64,000 nt of DNA. It comes from Camelus dromedarius (lineage: Eukaryota). The stretch lies in contig NC_087438.1 of NCBI RefSeq assembly GCF_036321535.1, positions 3,412,001-3,476,000 of the forward strand, given 5' to 3'. Made by a program: the position numbers and the translations under genes. Shown piece by piece: positions 23,444 to 37,534 of this stretch (position 1 is its first letter; every line of letters begins with the position of its first letter). Under the pieces are notes generated by a model. It was not told the DNA's origin. It was given only the letters and a program-made list of their open reading frames with translations, and did not search any database.

Positions 23444-25429
23444 AAACAGGCTGTTTACTGTGCTAAACACTGAGAGTATAGCAGGGGTTTATGTCTTTTC
23501 TTGCTTCATCCCCAACGCTTTCAGAAGTGCCTGGCAGATAGTAAAGCCCTCAATAAAAATGTATTCAGTGAACAATTTTTTTTTTAAGAGAAACAAGAAT
23601 TCTGGTGCTGTGCAAAAATCATTTGCACAGCCACTGATCTGGAGGGAGGAAAAAAGGAGACACTAAAAGCTAAAATAGTAGGGGCATCCCAGCCCTATCT
23701 AGAGCAAGGGCTAGACGTCCAGAAGTGGACCTCAGCAGGCCTGGGGGCAGGCTTCTGCCTGTGAGGGGTCGGAGCCGTCAGATTCGGTGCAGGCAGACGA
23801 TCCTCCCGTATGACGGCTGTTCTTGCTCTTGTTCCTGATTTGTTTAAAATGAAGTCCCCTGTGTAGCTTGCCTGCGGGGAGAAGCACAGCATTTCCTCAA
23901 AAGCCTTGGAAGCAGTATTTCATGACTTACGACAAAGAATAAACTGACACTCAGGAGCATGTGCGTGTGTGCGTGTGTGTGTGCTTTCAGTGTCTGTGAG
24001 CTTGCTTACCCTAAACCACTCCTGAAGGAGGCGTTCGGGCATCATTCCCTAGAAGCCCGCCCTGTATCACAGTGAATTCAGTGGAGCCTTGTTTGGCTCG
24101 CTCTGGACAGCAGCCGTCCTCAGTAATCCCACCCCGACGCCCAGGCTCCCTGCGCATCAAAACGCAGCTGGAAGCCACTCTTTGCATTTGCTCTTCTGTC
24201 GCTTCTTCAGTCCCCAGTTCTCCCAGGTGTATCATTTTTACTGATTTTGATACTTTTGTCCAATAACAGCATTCATTGTTTGTTCTTTATTGCACATATT
24301 TTTCACTACTCAAGGGTTTGTTTTTAAGTTTTAAGAAGAACAGCATGTGGTTTAAAGACATTCAATCAAGTAAATCCAGTATTTTAAATGAGTAGCCAAA
24401 TCAGTACTAATTTCATATTTCCTTTGCTAAAATTATTATGAAATTATAGAAAAACCAAAGAAAAATATCTCGTTTGAAAAAATTACAATCTAAAGAAATA
24501 TAGGCAGGATTCTTATTTTTTCTTGTATAGTTAATTGGCAGTAAATAGACATACCCAGTAAGGCACACACTGTCAATATATAAAAAGTTACCAGTTTCAA
24601 AACAAAAATTAAACTAAATTAAGACAAAACTAAATTTAAAAAATCCACATGATGCTACCAGATTTACAGGGATGTTAAACCAGATTTACAGCTGGTTGCC
24701 TGTAGTTTAAAAATGGAACTAAAATAATGGAAAGCTTCAGCAGACAATGACACATATATCCAGATATTCCAGGTTTCTGTCATTGAATAGTTATGTCTCC
24801 ACCCCTTAAGACATTAGAAATTTGGATAAGACTTGTAAAGTAAAATGTAATTTAAGTAATAGGTGATTTCTTTCAGTATGTGAAGTCTGAGAAAAATATT
24901 TGCCTTAATGACCTTAGGGTCATTTCATTTTATCATAGTTTAAATTTTCATGGGAGTATATTATACCTTTCTCTCTTGGGTGGAAAAGCAGAGGCTGTCC
25001 CTTAAATGTAGTAAGCCTATATTTAAGTGCACACAGGTTGTGAACATGTTGAAAGAAGGTTCTTAGCTTTGACTGGGTTTGCAAAAGGAGCCGGGGCCTC
25101 CGTGCAGGGTAGCTCAGGCTGGGTCCTGGGAACTGTGAATGGGTGGGTGGGGGGCAGGAGTCAGAGGCTATTCCATGAAAAATGAGGCCAGCTGCCCGCA
25201 TTCCTACCCCCCCCCCACTTCCCTCCAGGGAGCCGCCTCAGTGGAGGCTGAGAAGCACAGTCCTGACCTGTCATTCCCTTACTTGACCTGTGCCCGTTGC
25301 ACTCTGAGTAAACCCCACATCCTCAATACGGCTGATGATGCTCCTGGGGTCTGCCCTTGCCTGCAACTTCAGCCTCGTAGGGGAAACTCTCCAGGCCCTG
25401 GTGGCACCAACTTATTTCTTACAAAATAA

Positions 25430-25832
25430 GGCTGAGCTCCTCACCCCCTCGGAGCCTTAGCAAATGCTATTCCCATTCTGCCTGGAACACAATTCCAATC
25501 CTCTGTCCTCTGGTTAAGTGTCCTTTATTCTCTAGGCATCAGTAAACAATCACTCCCATAAGTCTTCTCTGATGCTCCAAACCAGGGCAGATTCCCTTGT
25601 AATACATTCATGACTCACCTTGCCTTTCTCCTTGAAAGGAATTGTCCCAATTGAATTCTTACTTTGATTACTAGCTTAGCATTTGCACCTCTCTCCCAAT
25701 AGACAGCAGCATCCTAAGGGCACCACAAATTGTCAGGATCTCTTCAAGATCAGAGCACCCAGTAGTGTTCCTGGCCCATTGAAGCAACTGGATAGATGGG
25801 TGGGTGGGTGGATGGATGGATGGATGGATGAA
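25430..25832 (+). mobile_element. L2 3' end with (GGAT)n tail
   Basis: gccttagcaaatgctattcccattctgcctggaacac ... tagtgttcctggcccattg followed by (ggat)n. Confidence 0.6.
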
Positions 25833-26710
25833 AGGTCCTAGTTTCAGATACTGGTTGCATCTATGCTAGAGAAAGTCCCTGTATCCAGAGAGAAGGTGCA
25901 GTGACTGTGGAAAGTTCTGTCTAGAAATGGCTCTAAGTTGAGTTTGGACAGCATGCATTTCCCAATCACTGTACAGACACAGCCTGTCTGTTGAGGCTCT
26001 AGGAGCGTATTTCCACAGCAGAAAAGAACCGAGCAAGTGCTGTTCACACTCCATAGCTTTAGAAAAGGCCCCCTGCAAGTGAGCAGATTGCTGTCCCAAC
26101 CATAGGAGCAATTTTTCTAAGGACAGAGAAAATCTCTAAACAGATTCCAAGCAAGAAATACTGCAATACACTTAGGTAACAGGATATGATATCATTTATA
26201 CAAAGTACAATTTAAGAAACTGAATGGAGTCTGTCCACCTCTTAGCTTTTTAAACGTTACTACAGGAGTATGAAGACACCGTAAAGGCTTGTCTCAGTTT
26301 CTTGGACATACGTCTTCTTTAATGACCAAGCATATGATCAGGGTGGGTTGTCTGCTGCATGTGAAGATTTCTGAAAAAGGGTCTTCTTCCCGCCCTGAAT
26401 CCTCCACAAAATATGATGCAGCAAACTTATCCTCTACTTACTTTTAAGGATAAAAAGCTTATACTGATCGTAAAACAAGAAAAAAAATTGTGCGTATTTC
26501 CATTGTTTTGTTAGTTATGTTAAATATTGAGCAGTGGTTTTATCCAGATCCAGAACCAAACTGGCCAACAATTATTCTGGAGCAGCTACAGTTTAGGGGC
26601 TGTGATTGTTCACCCAGAGCAGCATGAACTCGCCATATGTGAAGGAAGCTGCCTATTTAGACAGACATTCAAATAAGAAATGAGAGACAGACTAGAATGG
26701 CTTATGTAAT

Positions 26711-26904
26711 GACTACTATATATAAAATAAATCCATGGTTCTTCTGTGCAGCACAGGGAACTCTATTCAATACCTTGTAGTGACCTACAATGAAAAAGAA
26801 CATGAAAACAAATACATGTATGTATATGCATGGCTAAAACATAATGCTGTACACCAGAGATTGACACATTGTAACTGACTAGACTTCAATTTAAAAAGAA
26901 AAAA
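26711..26904 (+). mobile_element. L1 3' end (camelid/cetartiodactyl-type)
   Basis: agcacagggaactctattcaatacc...tgctgtacaccagagattgacacattgtaactgactagacttcaattt plus A tail. Confidence 0.85.
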
Positions 26905-26929
26905 GGATAAGCTAATGAGAAATCTAATG

Positions 26930-27130
26930 AAAAAACATAGCCTTTGGATTCATACAAGTCTTGTTCAAATCTAACCTCACTCACCAGCCAAGTGGTCCAC
27001 CGCTTTGGGATCTGGTTTCCTTAATTTGTGGATAAACTTGGCCGCATAGGGTCGCATGAGGACTGTGGGAGACAACATCTGAGCGAAAGCCCTTGGCACA
27101 GGGCTCCCTGTAGGAGCTGAGCAATCTGCT
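26930..27130 (+). mobile_element. MIR SINE
   Basis: gttcaaatctaacctc...ctggtttccttaatttgt...catagggtcgcatgaggact...aaagcccttggcacagggc. Confidence 0.55.
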
Positions 27131-30100
27131 CTCCTCAGCACCGGCCCCGTTACTGGGCTCTGAAGTGCACATAGAAACCTGACTGGAAGGTGATGGACAC
27201 AGTGTCATGCCAGCAAGTTTGAGCAAAGGTAAAGAACTCAGAGGAGGGGCTGCATGACCTTGAGAGATGCCCCGCAGATGGATGAGGGTAGGAGTAGAAT
27301 ACATTTTATTGACACTAAAACCTTTCGGGTGATTTATTGAAAGCACTCAGGATGATTGAAGGACCTGCCACTGAAGCAGGCAATTTAAAACGCAGGAGTT
27401 CTGATGATGCACCGTGTGGAGTCACCGCTCACGTCCGCACGTGTGAAAGGGCGTTGTCGGCTCCCAGCGCCTGGGCGGTCACCTTGTGCTTGCAGGGCGT
27501 CGCAGATGAGAAGGGTGCCCAGGACAGCTGCTGTCTTGGACTTTGTATTCCCCCCGCAGCAGCCGAAGGAGCTGTAACCCGTGTCTTATTTGCAGAGATT
27601 ATCTCTAACTGAAGCTGGGGGAGCTTTGTCTGCTCCCTTCGCAGGTCATTAGCAGGCGGATTGCGGAGTCACGAGCCAGAAGAGAAGCGGGGCTGCTTGA
27701 CAGCACTGTCCTAGGTCTAGCTGCAGTACACACGCGTGTGTAGAAGACTGGGGAGTAAACAGCGGATTGTAAATCCACGAGGGCTGTGCTGTGTGAGCAT
27801 GGCACGGTTGGAAACATAAGTTGTTACAGGTTCCTTAAGAAGCCGAGCAACGTAGGTTGGCCTTTTCTTAGCCATTTAGTAACATTATTCAGAATTTCTA
27901 ATATTGCTTTGATACACACCGTAGTCATAATGCTTGCTCCTTAAAATTCTGTAGAGCTACGATCAACCCTAACTTCCTGCCTCTGCCTCCAGTGACCCAG
28001 GATGTCGTCCGCTGGGGCCTCCACACGCTCACGAAACTGAGTTTGTCAGTCCCCACCCAGCACGTTCTTGTTCCCTGTTACTAACCCTCAGAAAAGACAC
28101 AGCAACACATGCGTCACGCCCTCCACTGCGGGAGGCAGGGTTACAGTCACTTCGTTTATGAAAATTCTGGAGGGTGACCCATGCCCACAGACTGAAATGG
28201 GCCCACATCTAAAGTCTCAAAATGACGACGCCCCCAGGCTGTGGTCAGTGCGGGACCTTATGGGACAACAGGTTTCTTTGAAAATAATGAAACTACTCCT
28301 TACATTGATTTAAAACTTTAAATGCTTAGCAAATCCAAACCCCTGCTTCCGCTGCTGCCTGCATCACAGGTGTGCGCCAGTGGCTAGAACTGGCAAACCC
28401 AGCTTTCAGCCACACCAGAAAGGCCAAGCTCCCCGGGACGGCTGTGCCTCTGTGTGCATAAAGGAACACACGTGTTTGAAATGATTTGGCCACGTCTGTC
28501 CTACAATGTGAAGTATATTAACAAGAATAAGTTGATAGTTTCACAGATTGCAATTTAAATGTAAAAACTACCTTAAAAGCCCATAATTTAAAATTAAATC
28601 ATTGCATGGCAGCCCTAAGTTGCACAGATCCTAGTGTGTTACGTATGTTATTGTTAGTATAACCTACAACAAATCAGGAGTTCACAGCCGTTCTGTCCAA
28701 CGTCTACATCCAGCTATGAAGGTCAAGCATATTCATTACATGTTGACATCGTATCATGTTCCACTGTAGAGTGTGCAAATTAATCCTCTCATTTGGCCAT
28801 TATTCACAGTTTAGATTTCTCCTTTATCTCATGCATGCTTTGCTTGATTTTGGTTTCAAAGTCAACCCCAACCACCTTCTCCTTTCTCTGGTTTCAAGCC
28901 CTTTCATCTGTGCTTTGTCACAGGCGTGGCCTGGCCTGAAGCGGCCATGACGCAGCCGTTGTCGATACGACGCACGTGTGGTTAAAGCTGTAGGGTCCGT
29001 GAGCACAAGAGAGAATTTCTTCTTATGTTTGTCAAGTACAGAGACACAGATGTATCGGAAGGCTCTGGCCACTACTGCCGTCGTGTCTGGTGGGGTGCTG
29101 GCTGGAGAATTCCCTTCAGGATGAGCTAACTTTCCAAATTCCTGTGGTGTTTTAATCATCTTCCATTTATATGGCCTTTCTACTTTTTTTTTTTTCAGGT
29201 TAATCATTTTGTCACATCCCTCATTTATAGCTCTTGCCTAAAAGGGGTAGCCCCTGATAATACTTTTTCCATCGTGGGAAAAGCAGATGCACTTCTAGGA
29301 TTTGACCTGCTTCCACTTGGTGGTTCTTCGGAAATGGTGATTCTTCTGCTCCCTGTAAGCAGACGAATGGGGCTGGGGGGGCTGTGATGGTTTCACGGAA
29401 AGGCTGTCTATCTCACTTTCTTACTCTTTCAACTTACCCATTGCTTTTCTCCAGCTCCTGAAACAGAGCTTTAGGGGGAACAAATCTGAACATAAAATTC
29501 TTCTAATGCTCAGTGTACCTGAGCACCAACATGTCACTGTTTTGAAAAGACCTGCTTGTAATCTGTTTTCCACGTTTGGTTGTGATGGAACAAACATTTG
29601 GTGAATTCTGCTTTTTTACCATAGAAGAATGTATGTGTCCATGACAGAATTGAATAGTTTCAAATAAATAAGAAACTGCACCCATTATAAACAGGGAGGA
29701 GCACTGATATTAGAGCCAGCCCCTCTGTGTATGGGGGCAGGCGTCACTGCCGTCGGATTCGTGCACTGCTCTTGCATTTCGTTATATCAATAATGTGAGA
29801 AGAATTCTATTCCCTTTGTGCATAAGAGGAATCTGAGGATGAGACAGATTTTGTAGCCTGCTCAAAGCCGCCATCTAACAGGGGACAGAGTGCAGACTCC
29901 AAGCCATGTCCGCTGGGTCTGAGAACAAATAAATGGTGAGCTTTCTGCCCGGCACCGGCGTCTCCCCCAGGGAACTTCTTTGTCTCCCTGGAGTCTGCTT
30001 GACTGGTTGGGCAACACTGGATCTTGTTGGCACAGGAAGTACTTAGACTTACAAAACCTATGCTTTCCTTCACTTTGACACCTGCGTGGGGGCCAAGCAT

Positions 30101-33100
30101 GCAATCTGCACAAACTCGTTCAGATGGCCATGGTCCCTCCTGAGAAATTTCAGAGGGCTTCTGTGTCCTTTATAGCTCTAGCGGTTACCAGCTCACAGAT
30201 TTATATGATTGAGTGATGAAAGATCATAAAGAGAGAGAGAGACAGAGAGAAAACATAGTTTTCAAGCATTTTTTAAATTCAAAACTAATCAAGAAAGACT
30301 ACAGAGATTTCCACTTGTAAATGGTGGCTGCTCCCTGTAACTCAGCCGAATTCCCTGCACTTTCCTAATGGACATGACAGCACCATTTCTAACGGCAGTT
30401 TCCTTCCAATGTGGTGAAGCCAAAAGTGCAGGAGGAGAATTGGCAGAAAGGCCGCCTCGGGGAGCATCGTGGCCACAGCTGTAACTGGCTGATGGAGAGG
30501 AATGAACGCCTCACCAGGAAATAACAGAGAACTGGTCCAGGGGCAGGCTCTGTTTTAATTTCTTGTGTGCAGGGAAAAAAATAACTTGTCAGGAATTATC
30601 CTTGTTGATGAAATATACACAGACATACTCATACACACTGATTTCAAAATACTCCTTCCAGAAACTGTTTAACCTGCTGGAATTTTTTTTTTTTTTTTAT
30701 GGGACGGAGGTAACCTGAGCATGCATAATTTCCCTGGCTTAGGAGTTGTCCTGTAAACAGCAGGTCTGTGATCTGGCCGGGGCCACGGAGTTCCTGTGTA
30801 TTGATCCTCTTCTGTGTTTCAAGCTCTTATTTATATTTTAATTGTGATAGTTAATCACACTGGAGCGATATCTGACACTTCTGCAGAGCTTGGCGTGTGG
30901 ATTCTGAGTGCTCCCCTGGGGACCACGCCCACACGAGGGCTTCGGGGTTCTGACCAGCAACCTGCAGGAGAGGGGGTTCCTGGGGCCCAGCCTGTCTTAT
31001 GTGTGAAACAAGGAAATATTATGCGAATTATGTGAAAATGCCAGGGGCACACGAGTCAGCAAACACCAGGGAGTCGCTGGATAACACTGCGTTGAAGGCC
31101 ATTGGATGCTCTCCGTCTTCCATTGTCTTTGCGACAAACTTTTTAAGAGTAAACTGTCTTTGAAAAAGTATACAAAAACTCTCAAGGATGTGAAGGTCTG
31201 GCTGAGCCACGACGGCCCCTTTGCTGGGCTCTTCCAGGAGGGGACTGGCTCTGGGAGCAAATGTTTCAGGAGCACAAATGTTTCAGCAAAAGCACAGGCA
31301 GCAAATGTTTCTTGAGCACAGTCATGGGAGAGACAGTGCCGGTGGCCCTCGCCTGCATCGGGGGCTGCTTGGTGGTGGAGAGAACTGGAGTGAGAAGTCA
31401 GCGGGGAGGCTGGATTTGCAGTCGCATCCAGTTAACTGTGCTCGCATGGTTTCAGGTCGCTGTTAGGGCCACTCTCGGGACCACGGGCTTAATCTGTGTT
31501 GCGGGGCTGTCCTCGTGGCCATCGTTGAGGAGAACAAAGCCGACCTCAAGCCAGTTTGGGGTGGCTTTTCTCTGAGCCTTCATGAGACTGAATCCTTTCC
31601 TCACTGGTCGGCAGAAGGAACAGCCGAGTGCCACGTGGTGGTCTAGAGGAACCGGCTGTGAATCTCAGGAAGGAACCACCCGTGGCCTGGTTTCTTTTCC
31701 TTCTATGTTGTTGCTGTTTGTCTTGCTTTTTTTTGAGGGGGGGTTTGTCCCTCTGGAAGTAACGGCTCTGCCCACGTTCTCTGTGGGGACCTGTCCCCTT
31801 GAGAGGATGCTGTTGGGACGCCCCCTGGATTCTTACGGACGGATTTTGTCCTAGTGTCTTCAGTGTTCTATTTCTACCAAAAAACAAAGGTGGTATTTGC
31901 CTCCTAGGTTCTTGATGACAACTTACTAAGAACCCATACTAAGACAGACCATTTTGAATATGCATTGCCACATTATAATGGTCATACAATCTGAGCTAAC
32001 AGTCTGGAAACAGGCTGGGCCATAACTTTTATAATCCCCTCGGGGCTCTGCCCCTGGTGGGAGAGGATATGCAGTCATGTGTGTGACTGAGGCTGGAATC
32101 TGTGAACGGTCAGACTTGGTGTCCATAGTAACGGATGTTTCTAGGAACTGCCTGGAAGCTTCCATGTGTAGCAGAAGTCGCGTCAAACACCGAGAGTTGG
32201 TAGAGATGACCCCCTCCAGGCCCTTCGTTACAAAAGCCGTCATGAGGGCAGATTGATACTGGTGTCTGACGTCTACCTGCTGGAAAACAAGGGAACTTAG
32301 TTATGACAAACGTCATACAAAGTTGACTTGTGTCCTCGCAAGTCGTCCCCTAGATGTAGATACCTGACAGGGTCCTGTCATCCCACCGGGGTCTGAGCAC
32401 AGGGCTGGAAAGTGAGGCGCCAGGTGTGGACGGGGTGTACCGGCCTTGGCCTTGAAGACACAGACGCTGGGTGTGTCCCGGGGTCAGGCCTGTGGATCTC
32501 ATCAGACAAGCATGTGGTCACCAGCCCCACCCAGACCTGCTGACTCAGAACGCGCTGGGGCATCGGGAGTCGGGGACGTGGGTTTCTCAAGGGATTCTCA
32601 TGGACAGAAAGTTTTGAGAATCATGGCTGGATGTGATAGGGTGACAGATTCCATAAACATACCCTCAACCTGTCCGCCTCCTTCAGGGAAGTGCGTGAGT
32701 TCCTGTGCGTCTGCAGCTGGGAAACCGCAGCTGAGACTCTCACGGCCCTCCCTTGTGGGTTGCCTGGTCCAGGGCAGCAGGGAGGAGACAGAGGAGAACT
32801 GACTTCCAATCTCCATCACCTCTAGCGCCGGCATCAGTGACAATGGTGAAATGAAACCGGGCAGGCGCCCGGTACTGAGTTTGCAATGTCCCCCAGGACC
32901 CCGGCGAAGGCAGCTCCACGCACGCTGTGGTCCTGGCTCCCCGCTGCCTGCCCGCTCTCAGCTTCACCGCTGGCCTCTGTGTTCCTTGGCGAGGAATCTG
33001 ACCCTTCAGAGGGCCCTGGAGTCCGGGCTGTGATGCTTGTTAGCTGGCTGTTTCCAAGGGCGCGTGTCTGAGCGACTTCACCGCACTGTGCGCCCGGGAA

Positions 33101-33189
33101 GCCTCAGGGTGTGGGGGGATCGGCCAGCTGGGAGCCCAGCCCTGGCGGCCGCCCTCATTCAGGCCCCACTTCTGGAATCTCAGGGTTGT

Positions 33190-33490
33190 GTTTTGTTTTT
33201 TAATTGAAATATTGCCGATTTACAATGTTGTGTTGGTGATTCAGTTATACGTATAAACATATATATTCTTTTTCATTATAGATTATTACAAGGTATGGAA
33301 TGTAGCTCCCTGTGCTGTGCAGTAGGACTCTGTTGTGTATCTATTTTATATACAGTAGTGTGTGTCTGCAAATCCCAAACTCCCAATTTATCCCTCCCCC
33401 ACTTCCCTCCTGGCCACCACAAGTTTATTTTTTATGTCTGTGAGTCTGTTTCTGTTTTGTAAGTAAGTTCATTCGTGCCATTCTTTTAGC
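33190..33490 (-). mobile_element. L1 3' end (cetartiodactyl-type)
   Basis: T-tail then gatttacaatgttgtgtt...ccctgtgctgtgcagtagga...aatcccaaactcccaatttatccctccccc...tctgtgagtctgtttctgttttgtaa. Confidence 0.85.
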
Positions 33491-33499
33491 TAGCAGGTT

Positions 33500-33918
33500 T
33501 GTTTTATTTGGTAAATGCTTTCCTGAGGTATAATTTGCATAACAGAACCTCACTGCTTAAAGTGCACGATTCGGTGATATTTTGGTAGAAGCACAGAGTT
33601 GGGCAACAATTGCCACAGTCCAGTTCTCCGGTTCCCGTCGCCCCGGCAGTCGGTCCCCACCCCACCCCACCCCAGCCCAGCAGCCAGGACTCCGCTGCCT
33701 GCGTCTGCAGCTTGCCGGCCTCTGGACACGCCACAGAAATGGAGTCAATGCGGTGCAGACGGCGTGGGGTCTTGTGCTCCGGCCTCGTCCGCTCCGCGTG
33801 CTGTGTCTGGATTCACGCGTGTTCGTGAGCCCTGCACCCCTTTCACTGCTGGGGGTGTTCCGCTGTAAGGACGCGCCGCTGTTTATCTGTTCCCTAGTTG
33901 ATGGACATTGGGCTGTTA
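33500..33918 (-). mobile_element. Old L1M (L1MB/MC-like) 3' fragment, unusually GC/CpG-rich
   Basis: tgaggtataatttgcataacag...ttaaagtgcacgattcggtga...tctggacac..agaaatggagtc...gttgatggacattgggctgtt. Confidence 0.7.
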
Positions 33919-35427
33919 GCACCCCTGTTTCTTTATCTGCAAAAGTGTAGCTGCTGACCCCCGCCTTGCAGCTCTGCTCAGAGATGACCGATGGTTAGAC
34001 GATATCCAGTTCCTGGGACAGAGGCAGGGCAGGATGGGCAAGCGGTAAGTGAATGCCATCGATATTAATACGATTGACATCTGTTCATCTATTTCTATAC
34101 CATGTGGCTGCCCTGGAACCCGGCGCTTAAAGGGCACCATTGTGAGAGACTAGATATCACCACCAAGACCAGAGGGGAGCAGAGGCGTCCCCAGCAACAC
34201 AGTTAAACAGAAAAACAGCTGATTCATGAGCTAAGTGTCAGCTCGATGAGCTCATAACAGAGTTCGCCTGGAGCCAGCAGCCTGCCCCGCCGGAGGGAAG
34301 GGTGCCACGGGTTCCCCGCTGGGATGGATCGAGTGTGTGTGGATGATTTCAGCAACGGCTTGTAGGTCCAGGTGACAACACGCAGGGGACCCGTGGCTTC
34401 TGATGAGAAACATGTGTGCCCGCCCGCCTGGCGACTGTGGCCCACTCCTCTGCCCTGACCGCCACCCGGCCATGGCTGTCCCTGTGCTGGCTCTGCTGTG
34501 ACTCTCCCGAGCCACCCTCGGTCTTTTGGGCTTTGTTTCCCACGCTGCACAAAGTCCCGCAGACACTTCACCTCCTCTGCCTGCAGCTTTCCATGCGCCG
34601 CCCTCATTCTTCAAAAATATCTCCTGAGATCTTAACATCATCAAAATACTTTTTTTTTTGCCACCTTTGAAGTGTGTACATTTAATCTGCACAGTCAGCC
34701 AAGGAAATAGCTGTAGATTTTTCATGTTTGCAAAGACATGTCTTGGGACACATGCGCACACGCACACGCACACACGCATGTGCACACGTAGGCACACACA
34801 CCCTGACGAGGGGCAGCGTCAGACCTGCAACCAGGGCTGGGGCCTCAGGAGCCACCACTGGCCACTGCATCCCTGCGGTACGTGGCATGGGGTGAGCGTC
34901 TGCTCCGCCACCAAGAGCAGCAAGATGGTGAGCAAGTCCGCGCCCCTCACCCTGCGGCTCCAACCTGAACAGTGAGAGAGAGCCAGGCCAGTGGAGCCAG
35001 CGGACGCGCGTGCAGGACGCAGGATGAGAGGGCACCGAGGCTCTGAAGCCAAAGGCAGCCTGAGTGCTCCGGGAACCAAGGGGTACCTGGTGGCGCAGAC
35101 GTGTCCTGAGCCCCAGGGGAGGTGGCGGCAGGAGCAGAGCCTGGACGGAAATCAACACAGGCCGGAGCGTGAGGCTCCTGGGACTGGATTCTCTAATCCA
35201 GGGATGCGACCGTGAGGTTGCACATGGTTAGTGATCTGGTTTAGCTTTTTTTTTCCCTCCAACAAAGGAGAAAAAACACTGGAAGGAGGGCAAGCATGGA
35301 AGTGGTGGATGGTAAACATAGCCTCAAGGAGAGAAGGGGGAGGTGGGAACAAAGATGAGCCCAGGAGCTTCACGTGTCCCCTCCCTCTGATGGGCTGGAA
35401 GAGATTTCCAAGGGTCCGTCCAGTTGG

Positions 35428-35512
35428 TTTTTTTGATGGAGGTACTGAGGACTGAACCCAGGACTTCATGCGTGCTAAGCATGTGCTCTACCACTGAGCT
35501 ACACCCTCCCCC
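35428..35512 (-). mobile_element. tRNA-Ala-derived SINE (camelid Vic-1 type)
   Basis: The reverse complement GGGGGAGGGTGTAGCTCAGTGGTAGAGCACATGCTTAGCACGCATGAAGTCCTGGGTTCAGTCCTCAGTACCTCCATCAAAAAAA has A and B boxes, an AGC anticodon loop and an A tail; ccagtt is repeated on both flanks. Confidence 0.85.
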
Positions 35513-35809
35513 AGTTTGTCCAGTTTGAACAAGTCCCTGATGAATTATTAATATTATTAGTTGGTAAATATATCACCTATAGCTGTTTTGCAAAGAACAT
35601 AACATTGGCTGATGCCTCGTAGGGACATGGGCCCACTGCAGTGGCTGCTTCCTCTGCCTGGCCCACAGCCTTCCCTCTGGCATCCTCACAGCCAGCTCCT
35701 CCTCCATTCAGGGCTCTGCTGAAATGCCACCTTCTCAACGAGGCCTACGACCCCTATCTAAAACTGAAACCCCTTTTCTGCATTCCTGGTGTTCTGCTTA
35801 ATTCTGAGT

Positions 35810-37528
35810 TACTTTTTTAAATAGAATTTATTTTTAGAGCATTTATAGCAAAACATGGCAAAACTGAGTACAGTTGCCATATGGCCCTGCCCCCACACGT
35901 GCCATGCACAGCCTCCTTCATTCTCAACATCCCCCACTAGACGGTACTCATCTCACAGTCGACGAACCTGTACTGACACATCGTAATCACCCAAAGTCCA
36001 TAGTTTCCACTGTGGTTCACTCTTGGTGGTGTTCATTCTGTGGGTTTGGACAGATGTGCAATGACCTGTATCTACCATTTATAGCATCACATGAAATAGT
36101 TTCACTGCCTTAAAAATCCTCCGCGCTCTGCCCGTTCACACCCTCTGCCCCGCTAACCCCTGATAACCACAGTTCGTGGTGTAGCTGGCATCACACAGCA
36201 CGTAGCCTTTTCAGGTTGGCTTCTTCCACTTAGTAATACGCACGTACGCTTCCTCCCTGTCTTTCCATGGCTGGATAGTTCATTTCTTTTTAGTGCTGAA
36301 TAATGTTCCATTGCCTGGAGGCACCGCAGTTTATCCATTGACCTGCTGAAGGACATCACGGTTGCTTCCAAGTTTTAGCAATCATGAAGCTGCTATAAAC
36401 ATCCTTGTGCAGGTTTTGGTTTGGATATAAAGTTTTCAACTCTTCTGGATTAAATACCAAAGAGGGCAATTGGTGGATTTTAGAGTTTGCTTAGTTTTGT
36501 AATAAGCCTCCAAACTGTCTTCCAAACTGTTTGCACCATTCTGGATCCCCCCCAGCAGTGAGTGAAAATTCATGTTGCCCCACATCTTCACCAGCACTTG
36601 GTGGTGTTGGTTTGGTTAGTCTAACAGGGTTGTAGTGGTAGCTCATTGTTTTAGTTTGCGCTTCCCTGATGACATACGATGTGGAACACCTTTCACACAA
36701 TTATGTACCATCTGGATGTCTTCTCTGAGGGGTGCGCACCTGTTCATGTCTTTGGCTTATTTTTCAATTGAGTTGTTTTCTTATTGTTGAGTGTTAAGAG
36801 TTCTTTGAGTATTCTGGATAACAGTATTTGATCAGATGTGTCTATTGCGAATTTTTTTTTCTCAGTTTGTGGCTTGTCTTCCCATTCTCTTGACAGTATA
36901 TTTCACAGAGCAGAAATTTAAAATTTCAGGGAAGTCCAGCTTATCAATTCCTTCCTTCATGGATTGTGCTTTTGGTATTGTGTCTAAAAAGTCACTGCCA
37001 AACCCAAGGCCATCTAGAGCTTCTCCTTTTGTTATCTTCTAGGAGTTTATGGTTTTGCATTTTACGTTTAGTCCTATGATTCATTTTGAGTTAATTTATA
37101 TGAAAGGTGTAATGTCTGAGTCTAGTTTCATTTTTTCACGTGCGGACTTCCAGTTGTTCCAGCATGGTTAGTTGGGAAGATTGTCTTGCTCCGTCGTATT
37201 GCCTTTGCTCCTTTGTCGCAGGTGAGTTGACTATATTTGTGTGCGTCTGTTTCTGGACCCACTATTCTGTTCCACTGGTCTGTTTGTCTGTTCCTTCTCC
37301 AGTGGCATACTGTCTTGGTTACTGTAGATTCATAGTAAGTCATGAAATTTGCTAATGTCATTCCTAAGACTTTCTTCTTCTCTTTCAACATTGAATTACC
37401 TATTCTGGGTCATTTACATCCCCATATAAACTTTGTAATCAATTTGGTGACATCCACAAAATAATTTGCTGGAATTTTGATTGAGATTGCATTGAATCTG
37501 TTGATCACGTTGGGAAGAACTGACACAT
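35810..37528 (-). mobile_element. L1MC1-like LINE (3'UTR plus C-terminal ORF2 remnant) nested in an L2
   Basis: 3'UTR motifs ccctgcccccacac, gaacctgtactgacacatc, cccaaagtccatagttt; ORF2-like peptide YYESTVTKTVCHWRRNRQTDQWNRI in minus ORF 37128-37391. Confidence 0.85.
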
Positions 37529-37534
37529 TGAATT

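Noticed and set aside
35437..35512. Possible tRNA-Ala(AGC) gene on the minus strand
   Set aside because: Mismatched stems, altered B box, A tail instead of a T-run terminator, and a flanking direct repeat indicate a SINE.
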